A DNA stretch of 64,000 nucleotides, taken from assembly GCA_965368975.1 (NCBI GenBank), contig CBDUPA010000022.1:1-64000 (forward strand). The letters run 5' to 3'. The translations under genes were made by a program, and so were the position numbers. How positions within the stretch are numbered: the first letter of the stretch is position 1; each line of letters starts with the position of its first letter. Below are positions 58,269-64,000 of this stretch, piece by piece. The notes beneath the pieces are model-generated. The model was not told the DNA's origin, ran no database searches, and saw only the letters and a list, made by a program, of their open reading frames with translations. Origin of the DNA: an uncultured bacterium. GTDB taxonomy: Bacteria; Acidobacteriota; Thermoanaerobaculia; Multivoradales; JAHZIX01.

Positions 58269-60452
58269 TCAGGCTGCCGGGCGCTTCTCTCTTCCGGTCT
58301 CGGTTTCGCGCTGCTGGAGGGCTCGCCGGGTCTGATCGAGCGCCGCGTGCATCGCCGCGCGTTCCTCGTCGCTCAGCGTATCGCCGCCGAAGCTCTCGCG
58401 CAGGTAGAAGCGGATCACCCGCGCGGCCGGTTCATGGGCTTGCGGAAACCGCTCGCCTGTCCGTTGCTGCAAATCGAGCGGAGCGGTCGCATCGCTGATC
58501 TCGAGGCCGCGCCGTTGCAGCAGGCGGCGCAACTCCTGGAAAGCGCGGGTCGCGTCGCCGCTGCCACGCCGCTGCAGCCACAGAGCCAGCAAGATGATCG
58601 CGGTCACCAGTGCGAAGCCGCCGACCAGCAGCCATGGCGAGAGCGCTTCACCGCCTTTCTCCACCGGCGTCGGATCCTGCGCCGCGGCTGTCTCTTGGCT
58701 GTCGGTGGATGCGTCGTCGCTACGCAGGGAGGCGGTGAGTTCCAGGAACCAGTTGCGCAATCCCCAGAGGAACGAGATCTGGTCCTGCAGGCCGAAGGTG
58801 AGGATGTAGCGATCCCAGTGGAAGTTGAGGTACTCGGTGATCTGGCGCAGCATCGTCAGCTGGATCTGGCTGACGCCGGTGGGTCGACCGCCGGGCGGGG
58901 TCGGATCGTACTGCTGCCAGCCGACACCCGGCAGGTACGCCTCGACCCAGGCGTGGGCGTTGCGCTGGCGCACGGTGTAGTCGCGCGTCAGGCGGTTGTA
59001 CTCGGCGCCCAGGAAGCCGCTGATCAGGCGGGCCGGGATGCCCTCGGATCGCAGCATCAGGACCATCGACGAGGCGAACAGCTCGCAGTGGCCGGTGCGG
59101 TAGGTGAAGAGGAAGTCTTCGATCGGGTTGTCGTTGATGTCGCCGACGAAGTCCGTGCTGTAGTTGTAGTTCTGGATCAGGTGCGTTTCGAGGTCGAAGG
59201 CTTGCTGGGCGGCGCTGCCCTCGCCCATCACCTCGGCGGCCAGCTCGGCCATCGCCGGGGTCAGGCCCGTGAGATCGAGCGTCGGCTCGTCGGGGTCGTC
59301 GAGCTTCGGCATGACGGCGGTGAGGTTGACCTCGTCTTGCAGCCACACGCGGTAGTTGAGCGGCCCTCGATAGTTGGTCCACTTGTAAATGGCGCCGCCT
59401 TCATCCTGCGCCAGGATCGGCATTAGCAGTTCCATGCGCGTGGCTTTGACCGGTACCGGCACGGCGCGGCTGCGGATCGGCAGCAGCCAGACGTTGACCC
59501 AGGGGCCTTCGTCGACATCGCCGAGCCGCAGGTCGCTGGTGAGCTGGAACTGGCCACGGTAGTTGGTCAGCGTAGTGTCGCGTACTTCGGCGCGCTGCCA
59601 GCGCCGCTGGCCGGGGTGGTAGATGTCGTGCGTACCGCCTTTGAACCGGATGTCGGCGTTCTCGGGTCGGTTCTCGTCGAACTCCAGGCGCATCACGACT
59701 TCCGGGTTGTCGCGCAGGCCACCGATCGAGTTGAGCGTCACCTCGTCGCTGAAGCCCGTCGAGCGAATCTGCGTGCCGGTGCCGGTACGCATGCCGACGT
59801 AGGGGTTGCTGATGCGTGGGAACAGCGTGAACAGTGGCACCGAGAGGATCGAGGCGACGATCAGCCAGGCGCTGAGTGCGGTTGCCAGTCGCGGTGGCCC
59901 GGTGACGGTCACGGGTGCGTCGGCGTCGAGGCTTTCGAGGGTGCGCGCCTGCGCGTGGCGGGTCAGCAGGACCAGGCCGATGGCCGCGAATATCAGCAGG
60001 TACAGGACGATGCTCGGGTGGACGCTGGTGCCGACGCCGGCCAAGAACAGGAAGAAGACCGGCAGCAGGGTGAAGGACTCGTCGCGCCGCTTGCCGAGCG
60101 CGAACAGTTTGACGATAACGGTGAACATGCACACGTGCACCATCGACTGCACCAGTTGGCCGCGGAAGGCGGAGAACAGCAGGTCGATGCCCAGCACCGG
60201 CAGGTACGCCAGGCCGAGCACGTTGAGCACCCAGGTGGGCAGCTGGCTGTAAATGCCGTGCCGGGAGCGCTGCAGGAAGACGGCGACCAGGATCAGATAG
60301 AGCCCGAGCAGCGGCCACAGGAGTACGCTGTTGAGTGGCAGCGGCAAGGGAGCCAGCAGCGCCAGGATGCCGAGCAGCAGGTAGCGCTCCTGGCGCAGAC
60401 TCTGGAGCGCAGTCGCGGCGGTCGTCGGCTCGATCTTCGGCTCACGGCTCAT
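58269..60452 (-). CDS. Transglutaminase TgpA-family membrane protein (DUF3488 + transglutaminase + DUF4129)
   Basis: N-terminal TM helices; TGFSDEV; GHCELFASSM, GIPARL, AHAWVEAY...YDPTP. Confidence 0.9.
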   Translation of the reverse strand: MSREPKIEPTTAATALQSLRQERYLLLGILALLAPLPLPLNSVLLWPLLGLYLILVAVFLQRSRHGIYSQLPTWVLNVLGLAYLPVLGIDLLFSAFRGQLVQSMVHVCMFTVIVKLFALGKRRDESFTLLPVFFLFLAGVGTSVHPSIVLYLLIFAAIGLVLLTRHAQARTLESLDADAPVTVTGPPRLATALSAWLIVASILSVPLFTLFPRISNPYVGMRTGTGTQIRSTGFSDEVTLNSIGGLRDNPEVVMRLEFDENRPENADIRFKGGTHDIYHPGQRRWQRAEVRDTTLTNYRGQFQLTSDLRLGDVDEGPWVNVWLLPIRSRAVPVPVKATRMELLMPILAQDEGGAIYKWTNYRGPLNYRVWLQDEVNLTAVMPKLDDPDEPTLDLTGLTPAMAELAAEVMGEGSAAQQAFDLETHLIQNYNYSTDFVGDINDNPIEDFLFTYRTGHCELFASSMVLMLRSEGIPARLISGFLGAEYNRLTRDYTVRQRNAHAWVEAYLPGVGWQQYDPTPPGGRPTGVSQIQLTMLRQITEYLNFHWDRYILTFGLQDQISFLWGLRNWFLELTASLRSDDASTDSQETAAAQDPTPVEKGGEALSPWLLVGGFALVTAIILLALWLQRRGSGDATRAFQELRRLLQRRGLEISDATAPLDLQQRTGERFPQAHEPAARVIRFYLRESFGGDTLSDEERAAMHAALDQTRRALQQRETETGREKRPAA

Positions 60453-61609
60453 GCCGCCTCCCGCGTCGCCCTATCGAGGCCGAGGCGCAGTACCGGGGAT
60501 CGCTCGTCGCTGCTGCGCGGTGCCTCGCCGGCCTCGGTGTCTGGTTCCACCAGCGCCAGGGCTTCCAGCACGGCCATCCGTTGACGCGTGCCAGCAGAGA
60601 AGGGTAGGCGCACACGGCGGGTCACCAGCTCCAGCTCGAAGCCAGCATCCAGGTAGGCGTCTGCGGCGGTTGCGGCCTCGCTCACCAGGCGCTCGAAGCG
60701 CTGCAGGTCGTCGCCGTCGCACCAGCGGCCGTGGTTGTCGAACAAGGTGGGATCGACGTGGTTGTCGAACAGGATGGCGATGCGCCGGCCTTCCTCGGCT
60801 TCCCTTTCCTGGTACACCAGGTCGCCGGTGCGAGCGCTCCGCTTCCAGTGGATGTTGCGCGGATCGTCGCCCTCGCGGAAGCCGCGTAGCTCGTGCAGGT
60901 CGTGCCCCCAACCCCGCTGTTGGCGGCTGCTGGGGCCGACGTCCGTGTCTTGGGGGCGCGCTTCGGTGCCGGCCGGGAACAGTTCCGGATAGACCAGCAG
61001 TTCGGTCTCGGTGCGGTAGAGCTGCCCCTTCTGGAACAGGCCGAAGGGGAACAGACTGGTGACGCGCACGCCGCGCAGCCGCTGCCGGCCGCGCCGCCGG
61101 AAGACGCAGGGCACCGAGCCTTGAAGCTCCGTGCGCGTGGCTAGCCGTGAGACGAACCAGGGGGAACTGCTGCTGCTGTCGTCGTCGAAGGAGCGCTTCT
61201 TCGTCGCGGGCTTGCCCGTCTTGCTCGATCTCTTGGTTTTTGCGCTGGTTGCCGTCGATTCACTGACCGCCTGCAGCAGCAGGAACCAGCGTGGCCACCA
61301 GCGGGCACGGTTGTGCAGGTGCAGGCCGAGCCGGAAGGGGCGGTTGGCGAACAGCTCGACCGGGGCTTCCACCTCCACCTGCAAGCCGCGCACGTTGCTG
61401 CGCGACACGAAGCCGGAGACGGCGAGCAGGCCGAGCAGCAGAGCCAGCACCATGAACAGGGTGTTGTTGCCGGTGTTGGTGGCCGCCAAGGCGACCAGGA
61501 AGATCAGGCCGATATAGATGATGCCGAAGCGCGTGCCTCGGATCGCCGAGGGCCGCGACCGAAAGCGGCGTCGCCGGAGGTCCGGAAGACGAAGTCTGAA
61601 CTGGGTCAC
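60449..61609 (-). CDS. DUF58 domain protein
   Basis: GTG start after AGGAG; AATNTGNN, FPFGLF, LVYP, LRGFREGDDPRNIHWKRSAR. Confidence 0.88.
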   Translation of the reverse strand: MTQFRLRLPDLRRRRFRSRPSAIRGTRFGIIYIGLIFLVALAATNTGNNTLFMVLALLLGLLAVSGFVSRSNVRGLQVEVEAPVELFANRPFRLGLHLHNRARWWPRWFLLLQAVSESTATSAKTKRSSKTGKPATKKRSFDDDSSSSSPWFVSRLATRTELQGSVPCVFRRRGRQRLRGVRVTSLFPFGLFQKGQLYRTETELLVYPELFPAGTEARPQDTDVGPSSRQQRGWGHDLHELRGFREGDDPRNIHWKRSARTGDLVYQEREAEEGRRIAILFDNHVDPTLFDNHGRWCDGDDLQRFERLVSEAATAADAYLDAGFELELVTRRVRLPFSAGTRQRMAVLEALALVEPDTEAGEAPRSSDERSPVLRLGLDRATREAA

Positions 61610-61628
61610 GGCCGGCTCCTGACCGGCC

Positions 61629-62678
<1,050 letters not shown>

Positions 62679-62728
62679 GTCCTGAGTGTACGGACGCCGG
62701 GGCGCCAGAGTTTGTCGAAAGGGACGTC

Positions 62729-63376
62729 TTATTCGCTGCCGGCGGTGGCGGGGAACTCCGGATACAGCGGGTAGTCGCTGGCCGGCACGTTGCCGCGCAC
62801 CTCGACGTAGAACATGTGGTTGGCCGGGTCGTAGGCGATGTTCTCGAGCTTGTGGCTGAGCTGGGTATCCATGCCCTTGAGCAACTGCGAGGTGTCGACG
62901 GTGTGGTGGAAGCGGGCGATCTCGTTCTCTGCGCGGTCCGTCTGTACGATGTCGAGGGTCAGCTGTGGCAGCGCCTCGTTGTTGGTGTTCTGCAGCAGGA
63001 TGTCGAGCAGCACGTCGTAGCCGGTCGGCTCGGCCATTGTTGCCTCGGGCATCGCTGCGGCGTCGCCCTCGGGGGCCGCGTCGGTGGGCAGTTCGTCCGC
63101 GGTGTCCTGGGTCTCACCTTCGACGACCATCTCGTCCCCGGCTTCACCGTCGGTGACCTCCATGTCGGCGGCGTCCAGTTCGGTCGGGTCCGGCTGCGGC
63201 TCCTCGTGCGGCATCGCGACCAGGCCGCTCGGGTTGACCTGGACCACGTATTTGGCGCGCATCTTGGCGACGCGCTGCACCGGGTCTTCCGGCTGGCAGG
63301 CGGTCAGCGGAAGCAGCAGCAGCAGGGCCAGAGTCCAGAGAGTCGAACGGTGGGTGATCTTCGCAAGCTTGGGCAT
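62729..63376 (-). CDS. Hypothetical lipoprotein
   Basis: AGGAG RBS; lipobox LTAC; acidic low-complexity linker. Confidence 0.7.
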   Translation of the reverse strand: MPKLAKITHRSTLWTLALLLLLPLTACQPEDPVQRVAKMRAKYVVQVNPSGLVAMPHEEPQPDPTELDAADMEVTDGEAGDEMVVEGETQDTADELPTDAAPEGDAAAMPEATMAEPTGYDVLLDILLQNTNNEALPQLTLDIVQTDRAENEIARFHHTVDTSQLLKGMDTQLSHKLENIAYDPANHMFYVEVRGNVPASDYPLYPEFPATAGSE

Positions 63377-63488
63377 AGCGATCTCCTTCTTGGCAAGCTT
63401 TCTTGGGCAGAAAGCCCCGGGATGACAGAACCAGGGTGGGTGGGGGGAGCCGGAACCCGTCGGGTGCCGGAGAACTAGGCAAACTATA

Positions 63489-64000
63489 TCAGTGCCTGTC
63501 CAGGACCTCTTCCGGGGTCCCGCGCGCCACCAGCCGCCCGCGGTCCAGGCACAGAACTTCGTCGCATAGCTCGCGCACCTCGTCCGGATCGTGCGACACC
63601 CACAGCATCGGGATCGACAGCTCGTGGCGCACGCGCTGGATCAGCGGCAGCAGGCGCCGGCGCAGGGGGTGGTCTATGGAGGCCAGGGGTTCGTCGAGCA
63701 GCAGCAGGCGCGGGCCGGAGCACAGCGCGCGGCCGAGGGCGACGCGCTGGCGCTCACCGCCAGAGAGGGTCGTGACGCTACGGTCCAGCAAGGGCTCCAG
63801 CTCCAGCAAGCCACACACCGTCCGCAGCTGCGCGGCCGGGTCGAGACCGCGCGCGCGGGCGCGGCGGGCGCCGCTGAGCAGGTTGCGGCGCACGTCCAGG
63901 TGCGGGAAGAGCAGGCCGTCCTGCGGAACATAGCCGATGCCGCGGTGTTCGGGCGGCAGGCGCACGGGAGAGGGGGCTTGGGTGTCGAGCCAAACGTCGG
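63489..64000 (-). CDS. modC: ModC-like ABC ATP-binding protein, 5'-truncated by the window
   Basis: VWLDT...LPPEHRGIGYVPQDGLLFPHL, LSGGERQRVA, LLLDEP, VSHD; frame open to the window edge. Confidence 0.75.
   Translation of the reverse strand, partial: DVWLDTQAPSPVRLPPEHRGIGYVPQDGLLFPHLDVRRNLLSGARRARARGLDPAAQLRTVCGLLELEPLLDRSVTTLSGGERQRVALGRALCSGPRLLLLDEPLASIDHPLRRRLLPLIQRVRHELSIPMLWVSHDPDEVRELCDEVLCLDRGRLVARGTPEEVLDRH

Overview
GC-rich bacterial DNA. The gene style suggests Acidobacteriota/Thermoanaerobaculia, but that is inference only. The window opens in the 3' part of an NRPS (A-T-C-A-T-C-A-T, predicted Thr-Ala-Pro, no TE). Next come a decayed TPR gene and a cassette of two unannotated small peptide ORFs sharing RGxTxDP[DN]G, each behind a similar SD-occluding hairpin, upstream of a zinc-finger/TPR protein. 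Then follow a sigma54-driven TonB-dependent receptor, DUF3179 and arylsulfotransferase-like genes, and purK-purE, which are coupled to orphan lasso-type RRE (B1) and peptidase (B2) genes. The best candidate for an undescribed system is a RiPP-like operon at 20448-25736. It has a 106-aa precursor with five E[VI]I[TV]EVAPE cores, a 1013-aa fusion of phosphoribosyltransferase + 2x AMMECR1 + an alpha-helical domain, and a PoyC-type (Cx7Cx2C) B12 radical SAM enzyme. The rest is mostly recognisable: a large secreted protein, yegS, an OPT transporter, a sigma54 two-component system with a likely DUF2202 target, SWIM+SNF2, a YtrA-type operon with duplicated ABC modules, an amidase, an M1 aminopeptidase, ogt, ada/alkA, exoD, thiC with a large insertion, a globin-coupled sensor cascade, a MoxR-DUF58-transglutaminase operon, a lipoprotein and a partial ModC-like ATPase. 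No rRNA, tRNA, CRISPR array or transposase was seen. All calls come from reading motifs by eye; no database search was run.
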